DNA of 64,000 bases from Saccharofermentanales bacterium (GTDB lineage Bacteria; Bacillota; Clostridia; Saccharofermentanales; DTU023): assembly GCA_050945495.1 (NCBI GenBank), contig JBMNTA010000004.1, positions 10,876 through 74,875 of the forward strand. Direction: 5' to 3'. Each line of letters starts with the position of its first letter. Positions within the stretch are counted from its first letter, which is position 1. The translations under genes were made by a program, and so were the position numbers. Below the pieces are notes generated by a model. The model saw nothing but the letters and a program-made list of their open reading frames with translations, made no database searches and was not told the DNA's origin. Shown here one piece after another: positions 48,354 through 58,989 of this stretch.

Positions 48354-49568
48354 ATGCTCTCGGATGAACTGATTTTACAAGCGGAACGCCGCGCCGATGC
48401 CTTGGCCGATGAATGCGAAGCCATCAGCCATTTCATTTTTACGCATCCGGAGCTTGGATTGGAGGAGCATCAATCCTCGCGTTACCTCGTCGAATATTTG
48501 CAACAAAGAGGCTTTTCGGCGATCCATCCATACGCCGGATTGGCCACCGCCTTCCGCGCCGAATACGGCACAACGGGGCCTCGCATTGCGTTCTTGGCGG
48601 AATACGATGCCCTCCCCGGATACGGCGAAGACGGCACCGACAACGGGCACGCCTGCGGACACAACTGGATCGCCGCGTCCGCGGTGGGCGCGGCCGTCGT
48701 CTTATCGGCCTTTGCCGACGCCCTGGGATTTCGCGTGGCCGTCATCGGCACACCGGCCGAAGAAAGCTACGGCGCCAAGGTCGACATGGTCGAACAGGGC
48801 GTGTTCGACGATGTGGATCTCGTCCTGCAGACCCATCTCGCCGCGGAACACTGCGTCTGTTACAAAGCGCTCGCCATGGATACCTTCGTTTTTCATTACA
48901 CGGGCAAGGCGGCGCATGCGTCGGCGGCGCCGTGGAACGGCATCAACGCCTTGGACGCCGTGCATCTTTTGTATGCCGGCATCAGCGCCTTCCGCCAACA
49001 ACTAAAGCCCGACATGCGCATTCACGGCATCATCACCGACGGCGGCACCGTGGCGAATACGCTGCCCGATCAAGCGAGCGCCGAATACATGACGCGTGCG
49101 TCGACCCGAGCGGACCTCGACCGATTGAATGCCCGCGTCACAGACATTGCCCGGGGCGCCGCCCTGATGACCGGCGCGACGCTCGACATCACGCGCTCGG
49201 AACTCCCCTTGGATCACTTGATTCATCTCCCGTCGCTGCAAGCGTTGACGGTGAAACATTGGGCGCGTTACGGCATCGTTCCGCAAGTCGATGAGGTCCG
49301 GGCGGAAGCGATCGCCGGCTCCACGGACATCGGGAACGTCAGTCACGTCTGTCCCACGATGTACATGGAGGTGGGCTTGGATGCCCCCGAGCCGTTGCAG
49401 GTGCATGAGGCGAGCGCGCTGGCACTCGTCGACGGCCCCTTCGCTTACGCACGGCTGCATCACATCGTCAAGGCCATGGCCACGATGGTCTTGGAGTATG
49501 TGACGGACGACCGACTTCGCCGAACCATCGCCGAAGAATTTGCCGCCCGCCGACCTTCCCGCCGATAA
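48354..49568 (+). CDS. M20D-family amidohydrolase (N-acyl-amino-acid / AbgA / hippurate hydrolase-like)
   Basis: FTHPELGLEEHQSS, EYDALPG, HACGHN motifs. GGAGGAG RBS. Confidence 0.85.
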   Translation: MLSDELILQAERRADALADECEAISHFIFTHPELGLEEHQSSRYLVEYLQQRGFSAIHPYAGLATAFRAEYGTTGPRIAFLAEYDALPGYGEDGTDNGHACGHNWIAASAVGAAVVLSAFADALGFRVAVIGTPAEESYGAKVDMVEQGVFDDVDLVLQTHLAAEHCVCYKALAMDTFVFHYTGKAAHASAAPWNGINALDAVHLLYAGISAFRQQLKPDMRIHGIITDGGTVANTLPDQASAEYMTRASTRADLDRLNARVTDIARGAALMTGATLDITRSELPLDHLIHLPSLQALTVKHWARYGIVPQVDEVRAEAIAGSTDIGNVSHVCPTMYMEVGLDAPEPLQVHEASALALVDGPFAYARLHHIVKAMATMVLEYVTDDRLRRTIAEEFAARRPSRR

Positions 49569-49596
49569 AAAACTGCCCCGAATCGCTTCGGGGCAG
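49567..49596 (-). terminator. intrinsic terminator of the tldD-pmbA operon (T-run only on the minus strand)
   Basis: Minus strand CTGCCCCGAA-gcga-TTCGGGGCAG-TTTTTT. Confidence 0.75.
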
Positions 49597-49627
49597 CCGT
49601 GCATCGTGATGCGTCGCGATGCGTGAT

Positions 49628-51025
49628 CTAGAAGCTCTTATTGGAAATCTCCACGTTGATGTCGTCAAAGCACCCCAACACCGGCACGATCATCGAATAA
49701 GGATCGCGACCGCCGTAGTGGGACGAACTGCCGTAAGGCATCGTCTCTTTGGCGAGCCAGACGAGCTTTTTGCCGAACAAATCGGAGAGTTTTTCCGTGA
49801 AACGCACGTTGTAGGGCAGCGCGATCGAGCCGTCCTTTTTGAGCAGCAGGGCCCCGAAACGCGACGACCCCGTGATGAGGCCCTCGCTCGGGTTGACGAT
49901 GCCGCCGTAGTGCAAGTACGGAATGTACAGGAGATCTTCGTCGCGGGGTTCTTCGGCCAACGCTTGAATCGATGTCCACTCGGCGTCCCCGCCCATCAGC
50001 TTAAACGAGAGGTTCGGCACATCGGACGCGGTCGGGGATGCGCCAAACTCATCGGCCGACGCCTGATCCCAGATAAACCCGGTAAAGACGCCCCGATCGT
50101 ACACGGCGCGTGCGTCACGGCGACGCCCATATAAGTCGACGGGCATCGGGAAGGTGTCGAGAAGCGACGGATCTTCGACGAGCGTGAACCGATCGGACAT
50201 GATCTTTTGCCCGACGCTGTCGTCCTTCAACATGCTGAATCCGCGTTTCATCGAGCCGCCCGCGGTGCCGAGCCATTCCAAGTACATCAGGTACTCCGCG
50301 ATGGCGGCGGGGCCCATGATGACGCGGTACGGGCGCTCTTCGGCGCGCTCTTCGGGACACGTGTTATAGCAAGTCGAAAGCCACCGGAGTCGGTCGTGCA
50401 GCGCTTGGGCGTCGAGATCGGCTTTGCGCCAGACGAATTGCTCGGCGTTGATCTCCCACTTGCGCTTTTCCGACGCCAAAACGAGCGTGATGCCGATGTC
50501 GGTCGAGCGACGGCACACGACGTTGTCCGACGTCGTCCAGATCACGGCCTGTTCGACGACGCCCGCGGAGAAGTTGCCGGACAAGAGAATGTCCTCGGTC
50601 TCCAGTCCTGCGACGGCATCGTTTACAAACGCGATGATCTCCTCGTTCGTCAATTCGACGACCTCCGGGTCGTAGCTGCCTTCGTAAACGACCGTTTCGG
50701 GGATCGTCGCGATGGTCGGTTCGTACGTTTTTTCCGACGCGAACGGCACCATGTCGATCGCCTGATCGATCGCCCGTTTCATCGCATCGATGTCGGCGGG
50801 ATCGACGATGAGGCCGGTCGTCGCCTCGCGACGGCCGTCGTAGACGGACACGCGCATGCGAACGAGGTCCTCGTGACTATTGAGGGAAATCGCCGAATTC
50901 GCGTAGCGCACCATGTGGCTGTCTTCCGCGTTCCAATGGATGGCGGCGACGGCGCCGCGGTCGAGCGCGTATCGACGCAGTTCGCGCAGTGTTTCAATGA
51001 TGAGATGTGCGGCCATGTTATTCAC
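49628..51025 (-). CDS. pmbA: PmbA/TldE-family metallopeptidase partner subunit
   Basis: TldD/PmbA fold by sequence resemblance to the neighbour, without an HExxxH motif. Start overlaps the tldD stop. Confidence 0.8.
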   Translation of the reverse strand: MNNMAAHLIIETLRELRRYALDRGAVAAIHWNAEDSHMVRYANSAISLNSHEDLVRMRVSVYDGRREATTGLIVDPADIDAMKRAIDQAIDMVPFASEKTYEPTIATIPETVVYEGSYDPEVVELTNEEIIAFVNDAVAGLETEDILLSGNFSAGVVEQAVIWTTSDNVVCRRSTDIGITLVLASEKRKWEINAEQFVWRKADLDAQALHDRLRWLSTCYNTCPEERAEERPYRVIMGPAAIAEYLMYLEWLGTAGGSMKRGFSMLKDDSVGQKIMSDRFTLVEDPSLLDTFPMPVDLYGRRRDARAVYDRGVFTGFIWDQASADEFGASPTASDVPNLSFKLMGGDAEWTSIQALAEEPRDEDLLYIPYLHYGGIVNPSEGLITGSSRFGALLLKKDGSIALPYNVRFTEKLSDLFGKKLVWLAKETMPYGSSSHYGGRDPYSMIVPVLGCFDDINVEISNKSF

Positions 51026-52472
51026 CTACCTTTACGTTGTCAAAGCGGCAGACGGGCACGCCGTGGCCGAGCTGCATCACCTGGCCGGGCACGCCTTTGC
51101 CGCAGTTGTCGACGTATTGCACCTTCCACGTCGATGGATCGCCGACGGCCGACAGCGAACGGTAGAAGTCGAGCGTCATGCCGCTGTACGCGGGGTTTTT
51201 CACGACGTGTCGGACGGCCCCGTCCTCGACGTACCAGCCGATGTCGTTGGCAAAGTGGAACTGTTCGCGGTTGGAGCCGATCGACCAGCTCTTTTCGCCC
51301 GACAAAATGACGCCGCGCTCCGTGTTGCTCACGATGTCGTCGAGCGTGCCGTCTTCGCCCGGATCGATGTTGATGTTCGTCATCCGCTCGATCGGGACGC
51401 GATAGAAACTGCACGCACGGCAGGCGCCGCCGGATCCGTCAAAGATGTCGCGGCCGGCGCGTTCGTTCGCTTCGACCACCATCTGGCGCGACGTGATCGC
51501 TCCGACCAGCACGCCGTTTTGGATGAGCATGCGGTTCTGGGCGCGGACGCCGTCGTCGTCGTAACCGAAGCTGCCCGGCGAATTGACGAGCGTCGCGTCG
51601 GCGCGAACGTTGAGTTTCTCGGAGCCGTATTGCAATCGACCGAAGTCGTCCAGACGGACAAACGATCCGCCGGCAAAGGACAGTTCGTAGCCGAGGATGC
51701 GGTCGAGCTCCAACGCGTGCCCGATCGTCTCATGGACTTGCAGGAACATGATGTCCGGCATCAAGATGACCGACATCCGCCCCTCGGGCGCTTTCGGCGC
51801 GTCGAGCAATTGCTTCATCTCGCGGACGATGCGATCGGCTTGTTCGCGCCAGTGCTCGCGATCCATGATTTCCCAGCCGCGCGACGGACCGAGCCGGGGC
51901 GGCATGTACTTGCGATTTTGGCGGATGCCTTCGTCGTCAAACGCCGCCACTTCGAAGAACGGGAAATTCTCGACGATGTGTTTCGTGATCTCGGCGCCTT
52001 CCGAGTCGTAATATTCGATCGTCTTGCGCACCGTCTGCCAACGCACCATGCGGTGTTGCACGCCGGGTTGATCGATGAAACGATCCAGATCCTGCAACAT
52101 CGCCATCTGTTCGTCCAACGGCACCTCAAAGGGATCGATCTCGCACGGGCTCGTGAACGTGCCCGAGACGACCTCTTTATCCGCCAAACGGACCGGACGG
52201 GTCACTTTCTTCGCGGCCGCGGCCGCGTTGTCAAAGGCGCGATCAAACGTCGCTTCCACGCACGCCAAATCGGACGACGCCGCAAAGCCCCAGGCCCCGT
52301 CGACGAGGACGCGCACGCCGAAGCCGCGCTCCGTCGAACGGCTGAAGTCCAAGAGGTTGCCGTTCCAGAGCACGCGGCTGTCCTCTTCTTCGCGGGGGTA
52401 ATAACGGACGTCCGCGTACGTCGCCCCCTTGTCCGTCAATCGACGGACCTGTTTTTTCCAGTCAATTCGCAT
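51018..52472 (-). CDS. tldD: TldD-family metallopeptidase
   Basis: HETIGHALELD (HExxxH) motif and GxC C-terminal region. AAGGAG RBS. Confidence 0.85.
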   Translation of the reverse strand: MRIDWKKQVRRLTDKGATYADVRYYPREEEDSRVLWNGNLLDFSRSTERGFGVRVLVDGAWGFAASSDLACVEATFDRAFDNAAAAAKKVTRPVRLADKEVVSGTFTSPCEIDPFEVPLDEQMAMLQDLDRFIDQPGVQHRMVRWQTVRKTIEYYDSEGAEITKHIVENFPFFEVAAFDDEGIRQNRKYMPPRLGPSRGWEIMDREHWREQADRIVREMKQLLDAPKAPEGRMSVILMPDIMFLQVHETIGHALELDRILGYELSFAGGSFVRLDDFGRLQYGSEKLNVRADATLVNSPGSFGYDDDGVRAQNRMLIQNGVLVGAITSRQMVVEANERAGRDIFDGSGGACRACSFYRVPIERMTNINIDPGEDGTLDDIVSNTERGVILSGEKSWSIGSNREQFHFANDIGWYVEDGAVRHVVKNPAYSGMTLDFYRSLSAVGDPSTWKVQYVDNCGKGVPGQVMQLGHGVPVCRFDNVKVGE

Positions 52473-52689
52473 CGTTGTCTGCTCCTTACTAACTTGTCAC
52501 GGTATGCGCACCGCCCGCCGACAAGCGGAACGAGCGAGGCGTCTCAAGCGCTCTCAGTCTATCAAAGTTAAGGGGCCCCCTCAACGGACAACGCCCCCGC
52601 ACAGGGGCGTTTCAAGGCTTGGGACGCGGCCGTCGGGCGCCGCGCGGCGACCGAAAAGCCCCCCGAAATTGTGTTATAATCGTGCCCAT

Positions 52690-54027
52690 ATGTGGAACGA
52701 GCTGAAAAAGGGAGGCCCTCGACGGCACCGCGTCGGTGCCGCTTTTTTGGGGGGACAGGCCGTATCGCTTCTGGGGTCCGGACTGGTTCAGTTCGCCATC
52801 ATCTGGTACGTCACGATGCGCGCCAACTCGGGCACCTCGATGATGATCATCACGCTCGCCAGTTTTCTGCCGCAACTCGTGGTCGCCCCGTTCGCGGGGG
52901 TCTGGGCCGATCGCTACGATCGCCGATGGCTGACGATCCTCTCCGACGGTTCGATCGCCCTCGTCACCTTGGCCCTGATGATTGCGTTCATCGCGGGGTA
53001 CGAGTCGATCTGGATGATCTACGTCGTCGCCGCGATCCGCTCGTTCGGCGGCGGCATCCAAAGCCCCGCCATCTCCGCCCTGATCCCGCAGATCACGCCG
53101 AAAAGCGACCTCGTCCGCGTCAACGGCGTCTACAACACCATCAACAACGTCTTGTTGCTGTTGTCGCCGATGCTCGGCGGCGCCATGTTGACGTTGTTTC
53201 CCATGTGGACCGTCTTCTTGGTGGACGTCGTGACGGCGGCCGTCGCCATCGTGATCTTGATGTTCCTGCCGATCCCGGACTTCAACACCGGCGTCGTCCG
53301 CAACGGCTTCGGCCGCGAAAAGACGCTCAAACCGGGACAGGTCTGGGGGTTTCCGACCAAAGAGGAATACGAAGCCGCGGAAGCCGAAAAAGGCCTCGAC
53401 GAATCGACCGAAACCGGCGGTCGGCAGTTCAAAAAAGGGCTGGTCTACGTCCGGGGGAACCGCCTGGTGCGCAATCTCATGGCGACGTACGCCGTGTTCA
53501 TGATGCTCTTGGCCCCCGTCGCGATTCTGACGCCGCTCTACATTCGCCGCCACTTCGGCATCGAGCCGTGGCGCATCACGGCCACGCAGACGGCGCTCTT
53601 TGCCGGGATGGCCGTCGGGGGCGTCTTTGTCTCGATCAAAGGGCGCTTCAAAAGCCATCTGACGACGATCCGCACCTCGGGGTTCATCGTCGCGGGCCTG
53701 ACCATGGGACTGGCCTTCTTGGGCATCTTCCAATCCTCGACCTTCACGCTCTTTGCGTTCCTCGCGTTCTGCCTCGGCACGGTGGTGCCCTTTTACACGA
53801 CCGCCGTCACCACGCTTTTCCAAGAAAAAGTGGAGGCGCAATACCACGGACGCGTCTTTGCCATCCTGTTTATGATCGGATCGGCCGCCATCCCGTTGGG
53901 CACCGTGATCTTCGGTCCCCTGGCCGATATCTTCCCGATCGAAAACCTCCTGGCCGTCACCTCCGGCCTCCAGCTGCTGTTGCTGGTTTTTTCGTGGAAA
54001 ACCTTACCGCGACGTTACGAAGATTAA
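52690..54027 (+). CDS. MFS transporter (MFS_3 / EntS-macrolide efflux-like)
   Basis: FLGGQAVSLLGSGLVQFAIIWYV N-terminal signature, about 12 TM segments. ATG 52690 lies 9 nt after the extended -10 TGtTATAAT (52672-52680). Confidence 0.85.
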   Translation: MWNELKKGGPRRHRVGAAFLGGQAVSLLGSGLVQFAIIWYVTMRANSGTSMMIITLASFLPQLVVAPFAGVWADRYDRRWLTILSDGSIALVTLALMIAFIAGYESIWMIYVVAAIRSFGGGIQSPAISALIPQITPKSDLVRVNGVYNTINNVLLLLSPMLGGAMLTLFPMWTVFLVDVVTAAVAIVILMFLPIPDFNTGVVRNGFGREKTLKPGQVWGFPTKEEYEAAEAEKGLDESTETGGRQFKKGLVYVRGNRLVRNLMATYAVFMMLLAPVAILTPLYIRRHFGIEPWRITATQTALFAGMAVGGVFVSIKGRFKSHLTTIRTSGFIVAGLTMGLAFLGIFQSSTFTLFAFLAFCLGTVVPFYTTAVTTLFQEKVEAQYHGRVFAILFMIGSAAIPLGTVIFGPLADIFPIENLLAVTSGLQLLLLVFSWKTLPRRYED

Positions 54028-54093
54028 GCGACATCCGTCGTGAATTTTGCTATACTTGACTGTGATCCGCCCATGTGCGGCGGACAATGTTGA

Positions 54094-55416
<1,323 letters not shown>

Positions 55417-55466
55417 TCGCATGCACACAACCGGCGATCGCAAGATCGCGGGATGATAAGGACAGC

Positions 55467-55492
55467 AAGGGCGCCCCGAGGGGCGCCTTTGC
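55467..55492 (+). terminator. intrinsic terminator after eno
   Basis: GGCGCC(CC)-ga-(GG)GGCGCC followed by TTTG. Confidence 0.6.
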
Positions 55493-55562
55493 CTTGGCCG
55501 CATGCGTCTTTTGCGGAACGAGCGTGCTCGCTTTCACGCGCGCAGGGGCGTAAAATAAACCC

Positions 55563-56144
55563 ATGAACAACCTCATGCAACACGTAAAAACCACCGTACT
55601 CGGCCTGCTGATCGTCGCCCTGATCGGGACGGCCGTCGCATGCGCCCCGAAATCGCCCGCGCCCGCGCCCACCGTGCCCGCCACGACGGTCAAGCCGTGG
55701 ACGAAAGAGGAATTGGCCGATTACGCCAAATCGCTCGTTCCCGATGCGCTCCGCGATCCCGCCGAGCGCCGTCGCGCCCTCGACAAGACGAAGGCCTTCC
55801 TGATCCAACAAGGCGATCACGTGGTGGCCTTCCTGCAGCAAAAGGGCCTGTCGAAAGAACGGTTTAACGACGTATTGGTCGCGTATACCGACCTCGCACA
55901 GACGTATTTCCGACGCGTCCGCGACGCTTACAACGATTTTTGGGAGGATCGACCGGAAGTGAAAAAGACATTGGACGACATCGTCGATCGCGCCGATCGG
56001 GCGATCGACGGCCTTCGCGAGGACATCTTGGAGGCGAAAGAGCGCCATGAACCGGAGCTCAACAACATGTTGAACGAATTAAACAAGACGCTGTTGGGAT
56101 TTGTCCGCGAAGTCGAAGACTTTTTGGAAAAGAACATCGATTAG
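55563..56144 (+). CDS. hypothetical lipoprotein, helical
   Basis: Signal peptide with lipobox TAVAC. Charged helical remainder. No obvious RBS. Confidence 0.5.
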   Translation: MNNLMQHVKTTVLGLLIVALIGTAVACAPKSPAPAPTVPATTVKPWTKEELADYAKSLVPDALRDPAERRRALDKTKAFLIQQGDHVVAFLQQKGLSKERFNDVLVAYTDLAQTYFRRVRDAYNDFWEDRPEVKKTLDDIVDRADRAIDGLREDILEAKERHEPELNNMLNELNKTLLGFVREVEDFLEKNID

Positions 56145-56169
56145 CCCGACATCGAAAAATAGAAAGACG

Positions 56170-56206
56170 ACGCTGACGGCGCAAGGGTGCCGTCAGCGTT
56201 TTTTTA
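56170..56206. terminator. intrinsic terminator between convergent genes
   Basis: ACGCTGACGGC-gcaagggt-GCCGTCAGCGT-TTTTTTT. Confidence 0.85.
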
Positions 56207-56211
56207 TGGGC

Positions 56212-56955
56212 TTATTGGCACGTAAAGCCGCCGTCGACCCCCAAGACCTGCCCCGTGATGTACGAGGCTTTGTCGGAGACCAAGAAGGCGACGGCTTCCG
56301 CCACTTCTTCCGGGGTGCCGATGCGGCCGAGCGGCGTCTGTTCGGCCAAGAGCGCCAGTTCTTCCTCGGAGAAATCGGCCAACATGTGCGTGGCGATGAC
56401 CCCGGGCGACACCGCGTTGACGCGAACCCCGGCCGGCGCGACCTCCTTGGCGAGCGCGCGGGTGAGGCCGATCAGGCCGGCCTTGCTCGCCGAATACGCC
56501 GCTTCGCACGATGCGCCGACGACGCCCCACATCGAGGAGACATTGACGATGCTTCCCGAGCCGCTGCGGATCATGTTGGGCAGCAGCGCGCGCGACAAGC
56601 GATAGCTCGACGTGAGGTTGGTCGTGAGAACGCGATCCCACGTCTCTTCCGTCGTCTCGGTCAGAAGCCCCCACGAGGAAATGCCGGCGTTGTTGACCAG
56701 CACGTCGACGCGACCGGCTTCCAAGAGCGCCGCGGCGACCATCTTTCGGACATCGTTCGGGCTCGCCACGTCGGCGCGCAGCAAGGTCGCCCGATACCCT
56801 TCCGCCGTGAGCGCTTCGTACAGCGTTTGCGCCTCGTTTTCGGAACTCAAATAATTGATCAGAACGTGATAGCCGTCGCGGGCGAGCGCGCGGCTGATGG
56901 CCGCGCCGATGCCGCGGGCGCCTCCGGTGATCAAGGCCGTTTTTTGTCGCTCCAT
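56212..56955 (-). CDS. SDR-family oxidoreductase (FabG-like 3-oxoacyl reductase)
   Basis: TGGARGIG cofactor motif and YSASKAG catalytic motif. 247 aa. Confidence 0.9.
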   Translation of the reverse strand: MERQKTALITGGARGIGAAISRALARDGYHVLINYLSSENEAQTLYEALTAEGYRATLLRADVASPNDVRKMVAAALLEAGRVDVLVNNAGISSWGLLTETTEETWDRVLTTNLTSSYRLSRALLPNMIRSGSGSIVNVSSMWGVVGASCEAAYSASKAGLIGLTRALAKEVAPAGVRVNAVSPGVIATHMLADFSEEELALLAEQTPLGRIGTPEEVAEAVAFLVSDKASYITGQVLGVDGGFTCQ

Positions 56956-57121
56956 ACACGTTCATCCTTTCTTGCAGGTGCTTTTCTGCATTGTACACCA
57001 GCCGCCCCTGCGATCCGCGGTCGTGGTGATACAATGAGAGCGTGCGACCGTTCGTTCGGTCGCCCAAAATATCGTTATGGAACCGATCGGATCTTCGATG
57101 CAAAAAGAAATGAGTACCTTT

Positions 57122-58975
57122 ATGAATCCAGACAAAATTCAAGACCGTGTGCGGGCATTGCGAGACGTCATGGAACGCCATCACATCGATGCCTATTACG
57201 TCGGCACGGCCGATCCCCACAACTCCGAATACGTCGCCCCGCACTTTCAGGCACGGGCCTGGCTCACGGGCTTTTCCGGCTCGGCCGGCACCGCCGTGGT
57301 GACCCGCGATCGGGCACTTTTATGGACCGACGGACGCTACCATATTCAAGCCGAAAAACAATTGGCCGGCACGCCGTTTGAATTGATGAAACAAGGGATG
57401 CCGGGCGTGCCGACGGTCGGCGCGTGGATGGCCGAGATGTTGCCCGCCGGAGCGTGCGTCGCTTTGGACGGACGCCTGATCCCCGACGCCGCGGCCGCCC
57501 GCATGGAGCGCCAACTGGGCGCCAAGGGCATCCGGGTCGCGTTCGACCTCGACGCCGTGGACATGATCTGGGACGACCGCCCCGATCTGCCGAAGGGCGA
57601 GATCTTCATCCACGACCTCCGGTACGCCGGTCGAACGGCGTCGGACAAGATCGCGGACGTCCGCCGAAACATGGTCGCCGACGGCGCCGATTACGCGCTG
57701 TACGTCGGCCTCGACGATATCGCGTGGCTCATGAACTTCCGCGGGAGCGACATCCCGTTCAATCCGGTCGTGTTGGCGTTTGCCCTGATCACCCGCGACG
57801 AGGCGGTCTTGTTCATCGATGAGGACAAAGTCGGCGGCGTCGCGCGCACGTACTTTTCGGAGCAAGGCATCACGATTGCGCCCTACGACGCTTTGGCGGC
57901 GCGCCTGGCGGCGCTTTCGCCCGGCGTATTGGTCGCCGATCGCAACCGCGTGAGCCGTGCCATGATCGCGGCGCTGCCGGAGACCGTCACCGTGTTGGCG
58001 AAACAAGATTATCCCTCGCTCATGAAGGCCGTGCTGAATGAGGTCGAGCTGCGATCGATGTATCGCGCCGGCGTCCGCGACAGCGTCGCCGTGACCCGTT
58101 TCATGCACTTCATGAAATGCCATGCCGTCGAACGCGGCATGAACGAGTACGACGTCACGCATGTCTTGCACGATTTACGCGCGACGTCCGACATGTTTTT
58201 CACGGAGAGCTTCTCCACAATCTCGGCGTACGGGCCGAACGCCGCCATGATGCACTACCAGGCGACGCGGGACCAACATGCCGACTTGAAGGCGGAGGGC
58301 CTGTATTTGGTGGACTGCGGCGCCCAGACCTTGGACGGGACGACCGACATCACGCGGACGTTCGCCCTGGGACCGATCACCGATCGCGCCCGCCGCGACT
58401 ACACCTTGACCTTAAAGTCGCACATCGCGCTGGCGTCCCTGACCTTCTTGCGCGGCGCCAACGGCACGACGCTCGACGCCGTCGCCCGCACCGTCATGTG
58501 GCGCGAGCGCATGGATTACAAATGCGGCACGGGTCACGGATTCGGCTTCGTCGCCGGCGTCCACGAAGGCCCGCAGCGACTGACGCATCACCCGTCGTTC
58601 GGCGCCTACGGCTTCCGGGAACACAACGTGATCACGATCGAGCCCGGCGTGTACCGCGAGGGCGAACACGGCATTCGACTGGAAAACGACTACGTCGTGG
58701 TCGGCGTGGACGATGCCTTGTCCGTCAACCACGACACGAACGAGGTCATCTTGGACGAACACCCGCCGGTCCCGGATGTCATGGGCGACATCTACGTCAA
58801 GTTTTTCCCGCTGACGTTTGTCCCGTTTGACCGCGACGCGATCGATGTCGCGATGTTGACGGACGACGAGATCGCGTGGTTAAACGACTACAACCGGGCG
58901 ATTCGTCGCGAAGTGTGTCCGTACCTTACGGGCGATGTCCTCGCGTTTACGATGGCGATGACCGAACCGTTTTAA
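57122..58975 (+). CDS. aminopeptidase P family (M24B, three-domain Xaa-Pro aminopeptidase)
   Basis: RVRALRDVMERHHIDAYYV N-terminus, DCGAQ..DGTTDITRT, GHGFG, EPG..REGEHGIRLEN metal motifs. In-frame ATGs at 57077/57098/57110 are alternative starts. Confidence 0.85.
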   Translation: MNPDKIQDRVRALRDVMERHHIDAYYVGTADPHNSEYVAPHFQARAWLTGFSGSAGTAVVTRDRALLWTDGRYHIQAEKQLAGTPFELMKQGMPGVPTVGAWMAEMLPAGACVALDGRLIPDAAAARMERQLGAKGIRVAFDLDAVDMIWDDRPDLPKGEIFIHDLRYAGRTASDKIADVRRNMVADGADYALYVGLDDIAWLMNFRGSDIPFNPVVLAFALITRDEAVLFIDEDKVGGVARTYFSEQGITIAPYDALAARLAALSPGVLVADRNRVSRAMIAALPETVTVLAKQDYPSLMKAVLNEVELRSMYRAGVRDSVAVTRFMHFMKCHAVERGMNEYDVTHVLHDLRATSDMFFTESFSTISAYGPNAAMMHYQATRDQHADLKAEGLYLVDCGAQTLDGTTDITRTFALGPITDRARRDYTLTLKSHIALASLTFLRGANGTTLDAVARTVMWRERMDYKCGTGHGFGFVAGVHEGPQRLTHHPSFGAYGFREHNVITIEPGVYREGEHGIRLENDYVVVGVDDALSVNHDTNEVILDEHPPVPDVMGDIYVKFFPLTFVPFDRDAIDVAMLTDDEIAWLNDYNRAIRREVCPYLTGDVLAFTMAMTEPF

Positions 58976-58989
58976 TCGAGGAGGGGCGG

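Noticed and set aside
52429-52689. 87-codon N-terminal extension of the MFS transporter ORF
   Set aside because: The extension overlaps the divergent tldD start, is extremely basic and low-complexity, has no RBS, and contains the promoter-like TGtTATAAT. MFS homology begins only after ATG 52690.
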